DNA from: an uncultured Lentimicrobiaceae bacterium
GTDB taxonomy: Bacteria > Bacteroidota > Bacteroidia > Bacteroidales > JAGONC01
Reading direction: 5' to 3'
DNA length: 64,000 nucleotides
NCBI GenBank assembly: GCA_964628285.1
Contig: CAZVNP010000001.1
Coordinates: 7,456 to 71,455 of the forward strand
Part shown: in pieces, positions 19,247 through 29,545 of the stretch
Layout: each line of letters begins with the position of its first letter
Numbering within the stretch: the first letter of the stretch is position 1
The notes under the pieces: generated by a model
What the model was told of the DNA's origin: nothing
Seen by the model: only the letters and a program-made list of their open reading frames with translations
The model's database searches: none
Translations under genes and position numbers: made by a program

Positions 19247-19894
19247 ATGGAAGAAAACACATCCTATTCAATGCCCCGTATCGGTGATATGGCGCCGGAT
19301 TTTAATGCCATGACCAGCAAAGGGCCTATTCAATTCTCCGAATTTAACCGAGGCAGCTGGGTCATTTTGTTTTCGCACCCGGCCGATTTCACGCCTGTTT
19401 GCACTACCGAGTTGTCCACTTTTGCCCAGCGTGAGAATGAATTCACATCCAGAAACACCAAACTGATGGGTCTGAGTATCGACAGCATTCATTCGCACGT
19501 GGCCTGGGTGAATAACGTAAAGAAAAACATGGGCATTTTGATGAATTTTCCCATTATCGCCGATATCGATATGAAGGTGGCCAAGTTATACGGGATGCTG
19601 CAACCCAACGAAAGCGAAACGTCAGCCGTCAGGGCGGTATTTTACATTGATCCCAACGGCAAGATCAGATTGATCATGTACTATCCGCTGAATGTCGGCA
19701 GGAACATGGACGAGATACTGCGTGTGCTGGATGCACTACAAACCGCCGACAAATACAATGTGGCGCTGCCTGTGAACTGGAAACCGGGCGATAAAGTGAT
19801 CGTACCCCCGCCTAAAACCGTCGCCGAAATGGAAGAACGTGAAAAAAGCGGGTATGAGATGGTGGATTTTTACCTCGCCAAAAAAAGCATTTAA
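19247..19894 (+). CDS. Peroxiredoxin, 1-Cys (Prx6-like) type
   Basis: MPRIGDMAPDF and the peroxidatic site FSHPADFTPVCTTE. The ORF-track start at 19166 adds a non-homologous extension, so I use the ATG at 19247. Confidence 0.92.
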   Translation: MEENTSYSMPRIGDMAPDFNAMTSKGPIQFSEFNRGSWVILFSHPADFTPVCTTELSTFAQRENEFTSRNTKLMGLSIDSIHSHVAWVNNVKKNMGILMNFPIIADIDMKVAKLYGMLQPNESETSAVRAVFYIDPNGKIRLIMYYPLNVGRNMDEILRVLDALQTADKYNVALPVNWKPGDKVIVPPPKTVAEMEEREKSGYEMVDFYLAKKSI

Positions 19895-19927
19895 GGATTT
19901 ATTCCCCAAATCTTTTTATCTTCAACC

Positions 19928-19952
19928 GCCACTCTCTGCTCATGAGAGCGGC
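19928..19952. terminator. Hairpin between convergent prx and M14 genes (possible bidirectional terminator)
   Basis: GCCACTCTC, 7-nt loop, GAGAGCGGC. The stem is 9 bp with one mismatch, and the downstream T-run is weak. Confidence 0.4.
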
Positions 19953-19955
19953 TGT

Positions 19956-21740
19956 TTATCTTATGATTTTATCCAGGACTGACCGTGACATAACGCGGCC
20001 TACAGGGTATACATCCAGTTTCCGGTCCCAATAGGGTGTTTTGCTGTAAAACCAGTTGAGTATGGCCCATTGGCTCTTGGCAAAGTCGGGATTGGAAGTT
20101 TTTTTCTGTTCAAACTCAGCCTTCAGGGCCGGATCTTCTTCAACCATCCGTTGCGCCAAGGCTTCCATCACATAAGTCTCGGCATATTCTTTCTGCTCAA
20201 AGATAGTGTTGAAGAATCCCCAGTACAAATAGGAGTCGGGACCTGAAGGTTCGAGGATATGGGCTATGACCCTTGAAGCACGCTGGTTCATGTCGATGAC
20301 CACTGAACCGGCAGGAAATTCCTCTTCTTCTTCGATGGTATCTGTTTTTGCTTTCATCGTTTGACGCCCTTCAAAGGATGTGCAGTTCCATTGCGGATCG
20401 CTGAATTTATAAGTCTGGACCTTCAGCTTGACAGGAGTCTTCAGGGTCTGGTATATGATGCCATGCTCGGCCAGGCGATCAATCACACTGTTCCATTCGG
20501 CCGGTATGATATACCCTTCGGGGAGGGTCACGGTGACGGAAGGTTCCTGAACATTAAAATAGGGCAGCTTGAACATTTTCGGGGTCTTGCTGTATCTGAA
20601 CAAGTCGCCGCCGGTCAGATCACTCTTCACCACTTCATAGTCCATCCCTTTGAAGTCGACCATCACACTATCGCCGGTAGTTTTATAATCCAGTGTAAAA
20701 GGGTTCTGCCTGAAAGCCGGTGAGGCGGCAGTTTCATCGGCAGCGAGATTCATCTTCAGGATATCCTTGTATTGATTGTTCAATATCTCACATATGGTCT
20801 TCAATGCCACATAGGTCCCGGTCACGCGCGTCCTGTAATCCTTCAGCATGTGGTTTTCAATCAAAATGCCGATACGGTTTTGCACGGCCGTATAACCCTG
20901 GGAGAAACGGGGGCTGGCGGCACGGTTGATAAGACCGCTGCGGGGATCATACCATTTCCTGAAGGAGACATAGGGAAACGCCGGATAGCCGCTTTTATCC
21001 AGTCGCTTCCGGAAGAGGGGGACGAAATAATCCTTCATCCATTTTGTGAGAGCGGTATCCATGTTTCCGGCGGTCTCCACACTGTATGTCACCACATACT
21101 GATAATCGGCACCGTCGGTGACGTGGATGTCGACAAAGAAATCCGGCAACCATTTCTGGAACAGTGCCAGCCAGTCTTTCATTTCCGGAGCGTCGGCCTT
21201 AAGATAATCCCTGTTCAGGTTGAGGTTTTGTGCCGTCGTTCGCCAGCCCATTTCCCTGGGTCCGTTCTGGTTGATCCTGTTGTACGGACCAAAACGTTCA
21301 TGACCGTCCACATTAAAAATGGGTATGAACAGAATGGTGACATGATCTAATAATCCCGTGAGCGTTTTATATATGGCAATATCTCTGAAGAACATCAGGC
21401 CGGCATCTTTACCGTCGCATTCCCCCGGGTGGATGCAGGCCTGTACGAGCAGGACCACGTGGCCCGAAGCCCTGACAGCCTGCGGTTCAAAGTTACCGTT
21501 CTCGTCGGCAATCAGCAGTGGCAGGGTCCTGCCCTGAGGGCTGACACCAAAGGTGGTGTATTCTATCCAGGGAGAGCCCGCAGCCAGCTGCTGGCAATAC
21601 CGGACGGTCTCATCATAACGGGGTGTCTCCTGATAACCTGATTTTTCATAATAGGTCCTCCATTCAGGACTCTGCGCCATCGCGGCACCTGCCAGCAGGC
21701 TTAAAATAACCGCTATAATATTTCTTCCGTAAAAAATCAT
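19956..21740 (-). CDS. M14-family zinc carboxypeptidase-like protein, secreted
   Basis: Signal peptide, and an HxxE zinc motif in ACIHPGECDG. The context around it (LLVQ..DAGLMF) is typical of M14. Confidence 0.82.
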   Translation of the reverse strand: MIFYGRNIIAVILSLLAGAAMAQSPEWRTYYEKSGYQETPRYDETVRYCQQLAAGSPWIEYTTFGVSPQGRTLPLLIADENGNFEPQAVRASGHVVLLVQACIHPGECDGKDAGLMFFRDIAIYKTLTGLLDHVTILFIPIFNVDGHERFGPYNRINQNGPREMGWRTTAQNLNLNRDYLKADAPEMKDWLALFQKWLPDFFVDIHVTDGADYQYVVTYSVETAGNMDTALTKWMKDYFVPLFRKRLDKSGYPAFPYVSFRKWYDPRSGLINRAASPRFSQGYTAVQNRIGILIENHMLKDYRTRVTGTYVALKTICEILNNQYKDILKMNLAADETAASPAFRQNPFTLDYKTTGDSVMVDFKGMDYEVVKSDLTGGDLFRYSKTPKMFKLPYFNVQEPSVTVTLPEGYIIPAEWNSVIDRLAEHGIIYQTLKTPVKLKVQTYKFSDPQWNCTSFEGRQTMKAKTDTIEEEEEFPAGSVVIDMNQRASRVIAHILEPSGPDSYLYWGFFNTIFEQKEYAETYVMEALAQRMVEEDPALKAEFEQKKTSNPDFAKSQWAILNWFYSKTPYWDRKLDVYPVGRVMSRSVLDKIIR

Positions 21741-21742
21741 AT

Positions 21743-21773
21743 ATCAAATATCAGATATCGTTGATCTTATATC
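21743..21773 (-). repeat. 31-nt palindromic element, copy 2 (fills the mutB-M14 intergenic spacer)
   Basis: The minus strand reads GATATAAGATCAACGATATCTGATATTTGAT. It overlaps the mutB stop codon by 2 nt and ends 2 nt before the M14 ATG. Confidence 0.75.
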
Positions 21774-23946
21774 ATTCCGCTTTTTCCGTTTTGGCATCAA
21801 TCAGTATCTCCAGCAATCTGGTGCCGCTGTCGGTGATCACTGTTCCGGGTCCGAAGATAGCCATCACGCCGTGGTGATATAAAAAATCATAATCCTGTGG
21901 TGGTATGACACCGCCCACGATGACCATGATATCCTCGCGGCCCAGTTTTTTAAGTTCCTCAATGGCTTTGGGGACAAGGGTTTTATGTCCGGCGGCCAGA
22001 CTGGAGATACCCAGGATATGGACGTCGTTCTCCACGGCTTGACGCGCTGCTTCTTCAGGAGTCTGGAACAAGGGACCGATATCGACATCGAAGCCGATGT
22101 CGGCAAATCCTGATGCCACCACCTTGGAGCCTCTGTCATGGCCGTCCTGTCCTACCTTGGCGATCATAATTCGGGGCCGGCGTCCTTCCATGGCGGCAAA
22201 CTGATCAGCCAGCTCACAGGCATGCCTGAAAGGTTCTTGCCCGCCCACTTCTGAGGAATAAACACCTGCGACGGAGCGTGTCACAGCTTTATACCTGCCG
22301 AAGACTTTTTCACAGGCATAGGATATCTCACCGAGGGTAGCTCTTTTTTTTGCTGCCTCTATGCTTAAGGCCAGGAGATTATCTTCGCCGGAGGCGCAGG
22401 CCTGCGTGATCGCTTCCAAAGCACTCTCGACCTCGGCGGCATGGCGTTCGCTTTTCAGTTTTTGAAGCCTTTTTATCTGCAACTCACGAACAGCCGTATT
22501 GTCAATTTCAAGGAATTCGATGGGTTTTTCATTGCCGGTTTTGTACTTGTTAACCCCTACAATGATGTCCTGCCTTGAGTCAATGCGAGCCTGTTTGCGG
22601 GCGGCAGCTTCTTCTATCTTCATTTTGGGGAAGCCTGTTTCGATGGCCTTGGCCATGCCTCCGAGATCTTCGATTTCCATGATCAGTTGCCAGGCTCTGT
22701 GTGCAATGCTATGGGTGAGGTATTCCAGATAATAGGAGCCGGCCCAGGGATCGACGGTTTTGCAAATGGCGGTCTCTTCCTGCAGGTATATCTGTGTGTT
22801 GCGTGCTATGCGTGCCGAGAAATCGGTGGGCAGGGCGATGGCTTCGTCCAACGCGTTGGTGTGCAGGGACTGTGTATGTCCCAGGACGGCCGCCAGAGCT
22901 TCAACGCAGGTGCGGGTGACGTTATTGAAAGGATCCTGCTCGGTCAGGCTCCATCCCGAGGTCTGGCAATGCGTGCGCAACGCCATCGACCGTGGATTCT
23001 TTGGGTTGAACTGTTTCACTATCCTGGCCCATAACATCCGTGCCGCACGCATCTTGGCTATCTCCATGAAATGGTTCATGCCGATACCCCAGAAAAAGGA
23101 TATCCGAGGCGCAAAATCATCGATATCCAGTCCTGCCCGGATGCCCGTTCTCAGATACTCAAGACCGTCGGCCAGCGTATAAGCCAGCTCGAGATCGGAG
23201 GGAGCACCGGCTTCCTCCATGTGATAACCGCTGACACTGATGGAATTGAATTTGGGCATGTGACCGGAGATGAATTTGAAAATGTCGGCAATGATCCGCA
23301 TGGAGGGTTGCGGCGGATAGATGTAAGTATTGCGCACCATAAACTCTTTCAGGATATCGTTTTGAATGGTGCCGCTCATCTGGTCATATCTGACGCCCTG
23401 TTCCAGTGCCGCCACGATATAGAAGGCCAGTACCGGCAGCACGGCTCCGTTCATGGTCATCGACACTGACATTTTATCAAGGGGTATCTGGTCGAAGAGG
23501 ATCTTCATATCCAGGATTGAGTCAACGGCCACCCCGGCTTTGCCCACATCGCCCACCACACGCGGGTGATCGGAGTCGTAACCCCTGTGTGTGGCCAGAT
23601 CAAAAGCTACCGACAGACCTTTCTGTCCCGAGGCCAGATTACGGCGGTAGAAAGCATTCGATTCCTCGGCCGTGGAAAAACCGGCATATTGCCTGATGGT
23701 CCAGGGACGCATGACGTACATGGTGGCATAAGGACCTCGTAAAAATGGAGGGATACCGGCAGCATAATGCAGATGCTCCATACCCGCCAGGTCATCAGCC
23801 GTATAGACGCTTTTTATGGGGATCTGTTCAGGCGTGGACCAGCCTGCCACGATGCCGTTCTGCTCACACCACTCCCTGCCCCGTAAATATTCTCCGGGAA
23901 ATGATACAGGATCTATTTTAGTGAAATCAGGTTTCATGGTCTCCAT
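21772..23946 (-). CDS. mutB: Methylmalonyl-CoA mutase large (catalytic, B12-binding) subunit
   Basis: [14 protein letters not shown] and the TIM-barrel core are present, with a C-terminal B12 domain carrying DxHxxG (QDGHDRG). The ATG at 23946 lies 1 nt after the mutA stop. The longer ORF-track N-terminus overlaps mutA and is not homologous. Confidence 0.95.
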   Translation of the reverse strand: METMKPDFTKIDPVSFPGEYLRGREWCEQNGIVAGWSTPEQIPIKSVYTADDLAGMEHLHYAAGIPPFLRGPYATMYVMRPWTIRQYAGFSTAEESNAFYRRNLASGQKGLSVAFDLATHRGYDSDHPRVVGDVGKAGVAVDSILDMKILFDQIPLDKMSVSMTMNGAVLPVLAFYIVAALEQGVRYDQMSGTIQNDILKEFMVRNTYIYPPQPSMRIIADIFKFISGHMPKFNSISVSGYHMEEAGAPSDLELAYTLADGLEYLRTGIRAGLDIDDFAPRISFFWGIGMNHFMEIAKMRAARMLWARIVKQFNPKNPRSMALRTHCQTSGWSLTEQDPFNNVTRTCVEALAAVLGHTQSLHTNALDEAIALPTDFSARIARNTQIYLQEETAICKTVDPWAGSYYLEYLTHSIAHRAWQLIMEIEDLGGMAKAIETGFPKMKIEEAAARKQARIDSRQDIIVGVNKYKTGNEKPIEFLEIDNTAVRELQIKRLQKLKSERHAAEVESALEAITQACASGEDNLLALSIEAAKKRATLGEISYACEKVFGRYKAVTRSVAGVYSSEVGGQEPFRHACELADQFAAMEGRRPRIMIAKVGQDGHDRGSKVVASGFADIGFDVDIGPLFQTPEEAARQAVENDVHILGISSLAAGHKTLVPKAIEELKKLGREDIMVIVGGVIPPQDYDFLYHHGVMAIFGPGTVITDSGTRLLEILIDAKTEKAE

Positions 23947-23947
23947 C

Positions 23948-25843
23948 TTATAGCAGAATATGCAACTCCTTTTGATACGCCTCAAGGGTTTGAAGAATAT
24001 CCGAGCGTACATGAATGAAATGTGCCATGCCGAGGGACTTGAAATATTCCACCTGATCGGCAGGATAACCCGCCAGCACGACAATTTTATCATTCTTAAG
24101 CGAGTTGAAAATCTCGGGTACGGTATCCTGATATTCGGCATCGGAACTGCACAGGACGATTATTTCAGCGTGAGAACGAAGGCCGGCTTCAATGCCGTCA
24201 TGGATATTCTTAAAGCCCGTATGGTTGATGATGGTGAATCCGGCACATCCGAAGAAATTTCCTGCAAACTGACTTCGTGCCAGTCGCATGGCCATGTTAC
24301 CATAGGTGAGCATAAAGACGGCCGGGCGGTGGTGTATGGCAGCATACCTGTCGGTTCTGAGCCTGAGCCGTTCGAAGGCGGCGGCACCACGATACAGACG
24401 AAGAGGCGCGGCAAAGGTGGCGCCGGCAAGGGGTTCTTCCGTGGCCAGGTCGTCGGGAGCAGGCTCGTGCGTATCATTTCCTGTGAAATCCGGGTATTGA
24501 TTAGTCCCCAGAAGGATCTTCTTTCTTTGGGCAATGGCCATGTCGCGTGCCGAGGCCGTTGCATTAATGCGTGCCTGGATATAGCCGTCCCGGAAAGCGT
24601 TAAGAAAACCACCTTGCTTTTCAACGGACAGAAAAAGTTCCCAGGCTGCCAGGGCTATCGAATGGGTCAGATTTTCAAGATAATAGGAGCCGGCAGCCGG
24701 ATCCACCACCCTGTGGAGAGAGGCCTCCTCCTTCAGCAGGAGGTGCTGGTTCAGTGCCATGCGCCGGGAGAGGTCGTCAGGATGTCCGCTGACATGGTCG
24801 AAAGGTAAGATGGTCAGGGAATCTGCACCGCCCAGAACGGCTGACATGGCCTCGGTGGCGGAACGTAATACGTTAACATAAGGATCATAAAGGGTCATGT
24901 TCCACATGGAGGTGGTGGCATGGATACGCATGGCGGCACTCTTGTCAGCACCGTGACCATAAGCTCTGACAATGGAGGCCCATAACATCCTGGCGGCTCG
25001 CATCCGGGCGATCTCAAAGAAATAGTTGGAGCCGACGGCGAAGTTAAATGTTATGGCTGCGGCCACCACGCCAGGCTTGAGGCCCCTGCCGGTCAGCTGA
25101 TGCAGATACTCCACACCGGCCGACAGGCTGAAGGCCAGCTCCTCAACAAGTGAAGAACCTGCATGATGGAAATGATGACCGCCAACGGTAATCACCCTGA
25201 AATGAGGTACAACCCCGGCATTCTCGATCAGATCCTTGCAGCGGTCAAAATCGGCCCCCGCAGAATGATAGAAGTTACCGTTTACCACCAGATGCCCTAA
25301 GGGATCAAAATGAATGGAAACCGGTACGATCTTGTCAGGAGGAGAGTCCCTTTTAATTTTTCTTATGACAAGAGGTAGGATGGCGGCAGCTTCTTCGCCA
25401 CCGGTAAAAACCAATTCAATTTTTCCTGTCAGGAGACCACTGAGGAGTCGGTCTATATCACGGTCAACGTACCGTTGGTGTTCGTTCAAAATAAAATTGA
25501 CCGATGTGGCTCCTTTACCGATGAGGGATCCGGCTTCCAGATTGGCTTCACCCGGATCGTCAACCTCTACAGATTCCCTGATAAACCATTCGTTATTTTC
25601 CGTTTTATGTCCCCTGACAAATGGAAAATCATCGGGAAAGGTGTTCATATGGGTCATCCCTTCCAGATCGGCGGCGAGATAAAATGGTTTTACCTCAAAG
25701 CCTTCGCCGGTTTTCCAGATGAGACGGCTGTCATAATCCTGCCCTTTCAGATCGCTCCGGATCGCTTCGTCCCACTGTTTTCTTGTCACCGGCAGAAAAT
25801 CCCCGAAAAGCTTCTTTTCCTCTGCATTCTGATTTTGATCCAT
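23948..25843 (-). CDS. mutA: Methylmalonyl-CoA mutase small subunit
   Basis: 631 aa paralogous to the mutase fold ([20 protein letters not shown]), without the DxHxxG ligand. It sits immediately upstream of mutB. Confidence 0.9.
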   Translation of the reverse strand: MDQNQNAEEKKLFGDFLPVTRKQWDEAIRSDLKGQDYDSRLIWKTGEGFEVKPFYLAADLEGMTHMNTFPDDFPFVRGHKTENNEWFIRESVEVDDPGEANLEAGSLIGKGATSVNFILNEHQRYVDRDIDRLLSGLLTGKIELVFTGGEEAAAILPLVIRKIKRDSPPDKIVPVSIHFDPLGHLVVNGNFYHSAGADFDRCKDLIENAGVVPHFRVITVGGHHFHHAGSSLVEELAFSLSAGVEYLHQLTGRGLKPGVVAAAITFNFAVGSNYFFEIARMRAARMLWASIVRAYGHGADKSAAMRIHATTSMWNMTLYDPYVNVLRSATEAMSAVLGGADSLTILPFDHVSGHPDDLSRRMALNQHLLLKEEASLHRVVDPAAGSYYLENLTHSIALAAWELFLSVEKQGGFLNAFRDGYIQARINATASARDMAIAQRKKILLGTNQYPDFTGNDTHEPAPDDLATEEPLAGATFAAPLRLYRGAAAFERLRLRTDRYAAIHHRPAVFMLTYGNMAMRLARSQFAGNFFGCAGFTIINHTGFKNIHDGIEAGLRSHAEIIVLCSSDAEYQDTVPEIFNSLKNDKIVVLAGYPADQVEYFKSLGMAHFIHVRSDILQTLEAYQKELHILL

Positions 25844-25993
25844 GATAACAAGCCAGGCTTCCGGTCTTTCTCTTGAATCAGACCGGTATGCGAAATTACA
25901 ATTTATTTGCTGATTAAGTTAATAACTGACGGGTTTGATGACATCGGGATATATCAGGGGGAGGAGGTTTGGCGTGCCCTGTTGGTTTTATTC

Positions 25994-26001
25994 TATCTTT
26001 G
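25994..26001 (+). promoter_or_regulatory. -7 promoter box retained upstream of the yfcH-like relic
   Basis: TATCTTTG is an exact TAnnTTTG, 17 nt upstream of the relic ATG at 26018. Confidence 0.4.
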
Positions 26002-26017
26002 TACCAATCTCTGTTAT

Positions 26018-26149
26018 ATGAAAATACTTATTGCAGGGGCTTCCGGATTTATCTGACGCAAAAGTGCCTATCCGGAGGTCATATTGAAGGCGGGATTTGT
26101 GTTCCGATATTCCTCTGTCAATGAAGCCCTGGCAGATATCACCGGTTAG
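26018..26149 (+). pseudogene. Collapsed relic of a YfcH-like (DUF1731-type) NAD-dependent epimerase gene
   Basis: One frame reads MKILIAGASGFI, which is the Rossmann GxxGxxG N-terminus. It then has an in-frame TGA, followed by RKSAYPEVILKAGFVFRYSSVNEALADITG and a stop. That tail matches the extreme C-terminus of the family (..P..L..AGF.FR.....EALAD..). About 250 internal codons are missing. Confidence 0.6.
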
Positions 26150-26628
26150 GATGATGTGATTAACCCTCTCGGACTATATGTCTTCCAGGCAAACCAGTCA
26201 ATCATTTCATACCTGATCTTGTCATCCAGCCTGGCAATATCAAAATGAAAATCCTGTTGATCATGAAATTTCCAGGGTTCATCAGGCTCATTGTGCTTGC
26301 CTCTGAATAATGTGATATGGACCTTGCCGGTCTGATCTGACAGGATAAACCGTAACCGCCTTAGAAAAGCGGGTTTCTGTGAAAAATTGACAGCCGAGAT
26401 CTCGACCAGCTCAAATCCGGATATACCTGCCACGGAATGGGTCCGGTGGGTGAACTTGTAGTCGGATCCCATGACCTTGTGCAGATCATCGGATGACTTG
26501 ATCAGTGCATTGAAAAAATTGTCGATGGTTTGATGATAAGTAACATAATTGGAACGGATCTTCTCCTGATCAAGGTTAAGCTCCTTTTCTTTCAACCGGT
26601 TAATTTCTTCGTCGAGCCAGTGTGACAT
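26146..26628 (-). CDS. Hypothetical cytoplasmic protein (160 aa)
   Basis: Clean ORF with normal composition, no signal peptide and no motif I recognise. Its stop overlaps the relic stop by 4 nt. Confidence 0.55.
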   Translation of the reverse strand: MSHWLDEEINRLKEKELNLDQEKIRSNYVTYHQTIDNFFNALIKSSDDLHKVMGSDYKFTHRTHSVAGISGFELVEISAVNFSQKPAFLRRLRFILSDQTGKVHITLFRGKHNEPDEPWKFHDQQDFHFDIARLDDKIRYEMIDWFAWKTYSPRGLITSS

Positions 26629-26733
26629 AGGGCATTGAATTAAATGAAGTAAGAAAGTTTAAAAGTACATATATCTTACGATAAAATTACCTGAGACCAT
26701 GTTAAAATCTATAATTTTTCATGACCTGTCCTT

Positions 26734-28914
26734 TTATTCCACTATATCCATTTCGTCGATCAGATGCCCTGCCTCAGCGACCTTATCGATGACGAAGAGG
26801 CAGTATCTTATGTCGAGGCTGATGTTACGGCAGAGGCCGGGGTCATACATCAGGTCACTCATGGTGCCTTCCCAGTTGCGGTCGAAGTTGATGCCGATGA
26901 GATAGCCGTCGGCATTGAAAACAGGGCTGCCCGAATTACCCCCGGTGGTGTGGTTGGAAGCGGTGAAACAAACATGCAGAGTGCCATCTGTATCGGCGTA
27001 ACGACCGTAATCGTGGTGGGTGAATAATTCCTTTAAACGGTTGTTGACAGCATAATCGTAAACGGTTGTATCCTCCTTTTCCATGACGCCTTTCAATGTC
27101 GTAAAAAAATTATATTGCACGGCGTCGCGGGGATCATAGCCTTTAATTTGTCCGTAGGTCACACGCATGGTGCCGTTGGCATCGGGATAGAATGGTCTGC
27201 CGGTCTCCATTTCCATTTGACCCTGCATATAGATTCTCATCAGGCTGTCGAGGGTGACATACCCTTTGTTGGTTTGAGGCAGTATGGCGTTTTGGTAATA
27301 AAGACCGAGTTCCACAGCCAGGTGATATGCCGGATCCTTCCTGATCTTCCTGGCATCGGACGACCGGAAGCGGGCAAGGAAAGATAAGCATTTGTCGGGT
27401 GAGACGAACATGGAACGTCTGTAAACCTCATCCGCATAGCGGTGAAGATCACCCTTATACCTGGATTGTATCATCTTAAGGATTTCCGGCTGCAGCCCGT
27501 CACCCGATCCGTTGATATAGGCTGTTAACAGGGTGATGAAAAGCTCCTTGTCGATGGTGGCATTGTAATTTTTAAAGAAAGATTCGGAGGTATGTTTCAG
27601 CCTTTCCACTTCACCTGCTATCAGTGTCTGATCGGGATTGTCGGTCTCGCAAAACCGACCCAGATTCCTGAAACCATAGGCAAAACGTACTGCCTCGATG
27701 CGCATGGCGGCTTCGGAGTAATAATCCTGCGCCAGCCTGAAAGGTGTCAGCTCCCGGTATACCTCACGAAATGCGGGCAGCAGGGTGCCGTAAGTTGCTT
27801 TCCTGACTGGATCCGCATCGGCCCACTGTTGAAAACGGGATTCGAAATCTCTTTTTTTATCCACCACATGAAAGAGCTGAATGCCCCTGGTCTCACCCAT
27901 CCACTTTTTCCATGCATTGGCAATGCCCACGTGTTTGGAAGCATATTGCAACCTGACCGTTTCACTTTGTTCCATGCCATGAAGGATGATATTGAGAGCC
28001 CTGGTCCGCAGATCGATGCGCAGAGGGTTTTCTGTGAGAGCGATCATCTGAATGCCGTATGAGGGCAGATATTCCTGGGTAAAACCCGGAAAGCCGAAGA
28101 TAAAAGTGAAATCACCCGGCTTATAGCCCTGCAGGGATATCCTGATATGATTTTTCGGTTTATAGGGGACATTGTCAGCAGAATATTCCGCCGGTTGGTT
28201 GTCTTGCCCGGCGTAGATCCTGAACACGGAAAAATCACCCGTATGCCGGGGCCATACCCAGTTGTCGGTATCACCACCGAAATTACCTATCGAAGCCGGC
28301 GGCGCACCGACAAGGCGCACATCCCTGAATACCTCATAAACGAGCAGGTAGTATTCATTGCCGTAATAAAAGGGTTTGACTTCGGCCCTGTACGGTGTAT
28401 CTTTAACGGCCTCGCCGGTGATCTTTTCTATGTTACGGGCGATGACATCCTGACGCTCCCCTTCTGTCATCATGGCCGTCACACCCACCAGCGCCTGCCC
28501 GGTCACCTCCTCCATTCTGATGAGCAACGTACAGGTGAGACCGGCATTTGGTAACTCCTCCTCATGGGTGGATGCCCAGAAACCATCGGTGAGGTAATCC
28601 CTCTCCACCGTGCTGTGACGCTGTATTGACCCGTAACCACAATGGTGGTTGGTCAGTACCAATCCTTCATCCGAGACGATCACCCCTGTGCAGCCCCCTC
28701 CGAAAATGACGATGGCATCTTTCAGACTCGAATGATTGACACTGTAAATGTCATCGGCACTGATCCGCAATCCCATGCTCCGCATGTCATAACCATTCAA
28801 TAATCCCAGCAGCATGGGAATCCACATCCCTTCTTTGGCCAGGAGAACAGAAACAGGTGACAGAGCCAATGTGACGACTAATAAAACTGAAAGCAAGTAC
28901 TTTTTCGATGTCAT
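26734..28914 (-). CDS. S46-family dipeptidyl-peptidase (DPP7/DPP11-like)
   Basis: Signal peptide followed by KEGMWIP. Catalytic His in TNHHCG and catalytic Ser in GGNSGSPV. Confidence 0.92.
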   Translation of the reverse strand: MTSKKYLLSVLLVVTLALSPVSVLLAKEGMWIPMLLGLLNGYDMRSMGLRISADDIYSVNHSSLKDAIVIFGGGCTGVIVSDEGLVLTNHHCGYGSIQRHSTVERDYLTDGFWASTHEEELPNAGLTCTLLIRMEEVTGQALVGVTAMMTEGERQDVIARNIEKITGEAVKDTPYRAEVKPFYYGNEYYLLVYEVFRDVRLVGAPPASIGNFGGDTDNWVWPRHTGDFSVFRIYAGQDNQPAEYSADNVPYKPKNHIRISLQGYKPGDFTFIFGFPGFTQEYLPSYGIQMIALTENPLRIDLRTRALNIILHGMEQSETVRLQYASKHVGIANAWKKWMGETRGIQLFHVVDKKRDFESRFQQWADADPVRKATYGTLLPAFREVYRELTPFRLAQDYYSEAAMRIEAVRFAYGFRNLGRFCETDNPDQTLIAGEVERLKHTSESFFKNYNATIDKELFITLLTAYINGSGDGLQPEILKMIQSRYKGDLHRYADEVYRRSMFVSPDKCLSFLARFRSSDARKIRKDPAYHLAVELGLYYQNAILPQTNKGYVTLDSLMRIYMQGQMEMETGRPFYPDANGTMRVTYGQIKGYDPRDAVQYNFFTTLKGVMEKEDTTVYDYAVNNRLKELFTHHDYGRYADTDGTLHVCFTASNHTTGGNSGSPVFNADGYLIGINFDRNWEGTMSDLMYDPGLCRNISLDIRYCLFVIDKVAEAGHLIDEMDIVE

Positions 28915-28986
28915 AATAAATAAAGATCCGTGTTAAGATATATGCTTTTTTTTGTCTTGATTGCCTGTTCCCATCTGAGGACGGTT

Positions 28987-29367
28987 TTATTTTCTAACCG
29001 CCACACACGATATTTCCACATCGACGTTCATGGGGAGTGCGGCGGCCTGCATCGCTTCCCGTGCCGGCGGTTCCTCGCCGAAAAAGGTCGCGTAGACCTC
29101 GTTGACCTCTTTGTAGATATGGATGTCACTAAGAAAGATAGAGACTTTCACTACATGTGAGAAATCCATATCCACCTCTTTAAGAATGGCTCTGATATTT
29201 TCCATGATCTGCCTTGTCTGGGATTGAACACTTCCGGTGACCAGTTCGCCGGTGTAAGGGTTGATGGCTATCTGCCCTGACACATACAGCGTTTCCCCTG
29301 CCATGATGGCCTGGCTGTAAGGTGCTATGGGCTTGGGCGCATCGGAGATATTGACCGCTTTTTTCAT
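28987..29367 (-). CDS. ridA: RidA-family reactive-intermediate (enamine/imine) deaminase
   Basis: 126 aa with APKPIAPYSQAI..LYVSGQI and VKVSIFL. The start at 29367 is supported by a -7 box 20 nt upstream. Confidence 0.92.
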   Translation of the reverse strand: MKKAVNISDAPKPIAPYSQAIMAGETLYVSGQIAINPYTGELVTGSVQSQTRQIMENIRAILKEVDMDFSHVVKVSIFLSDIHIYKEVNEVYATFFGEEPPAREAMQAAALPMNVDVEISCVAVRK

Positions 29368-29386
29368 AGATTGAAATGACTTTGCA

Positions 29387-29394
29387 CAAAGATA
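29387..29394 (-). promoter_or_regulatory. -7 promoter box for ridA
   Basis: The minus strand reads TATCTTTG, an exact TAnnTTTG. Confidence 0.5.
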
Positions 29395-29493
29395 GAAGAA
29401 TTTTCTTACAACATGGCAGGGCGTCAGGATGCAGGTGAGTAGCAACATTGATTTTATCGGTTGGGTTGTGGAAGCTTCAAACGGATTTTTGCT

Positions 29494-29501
29494 TACTTTT
29501 G
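29494..29501 (+). promoter_or_regulatory. -7 promoter box for the ornithine cyclodeaminase-family gene
   Basis: TACTTTTG is an exact TAnnTTTG, 45 nt upstream of the ATG at 29546. Confidence 0.4.
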
Positions 29502-29545
29502 GTCTGATTTCATCTTTATTTCATTTTTTAAAATGGAGGTTTATT

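Noticed and set aside
23947-24141. 65-codon N-terminal extension of the mutB ORF in the ORF track
   Set aside because: The extension overlaps the 3' end of mutA and is not mutase-like. The ATG at 23946 gives the conserved N-terminus and sits 1 nt after the mutA stop. Analogous overlong starts were trimmed for prx (19166), ridA (29448), the OCD-family gene (29429), the CDF gene (47488), DUF72 (53266), panC (46501) and purF (18774).
23960-24808. 282-aa ORF antisense to mutA
   Set aside because: It is embedded in the strongly supported mutase small-subunit gene and has no recognisable motif. It is a shadow ORF in a GC-richer gene.
25861-25886. Hairpin CCGGTCT-12 nt-AGACCGG in the mutA leader, considered as a possible cobalamin riboswitch
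   Set aside because: The leader is too short, at about 100 nt. It lacks a B12-box-like GCCACTG element and the multi-stem architecture. It is probably just a 5' UTR stem.
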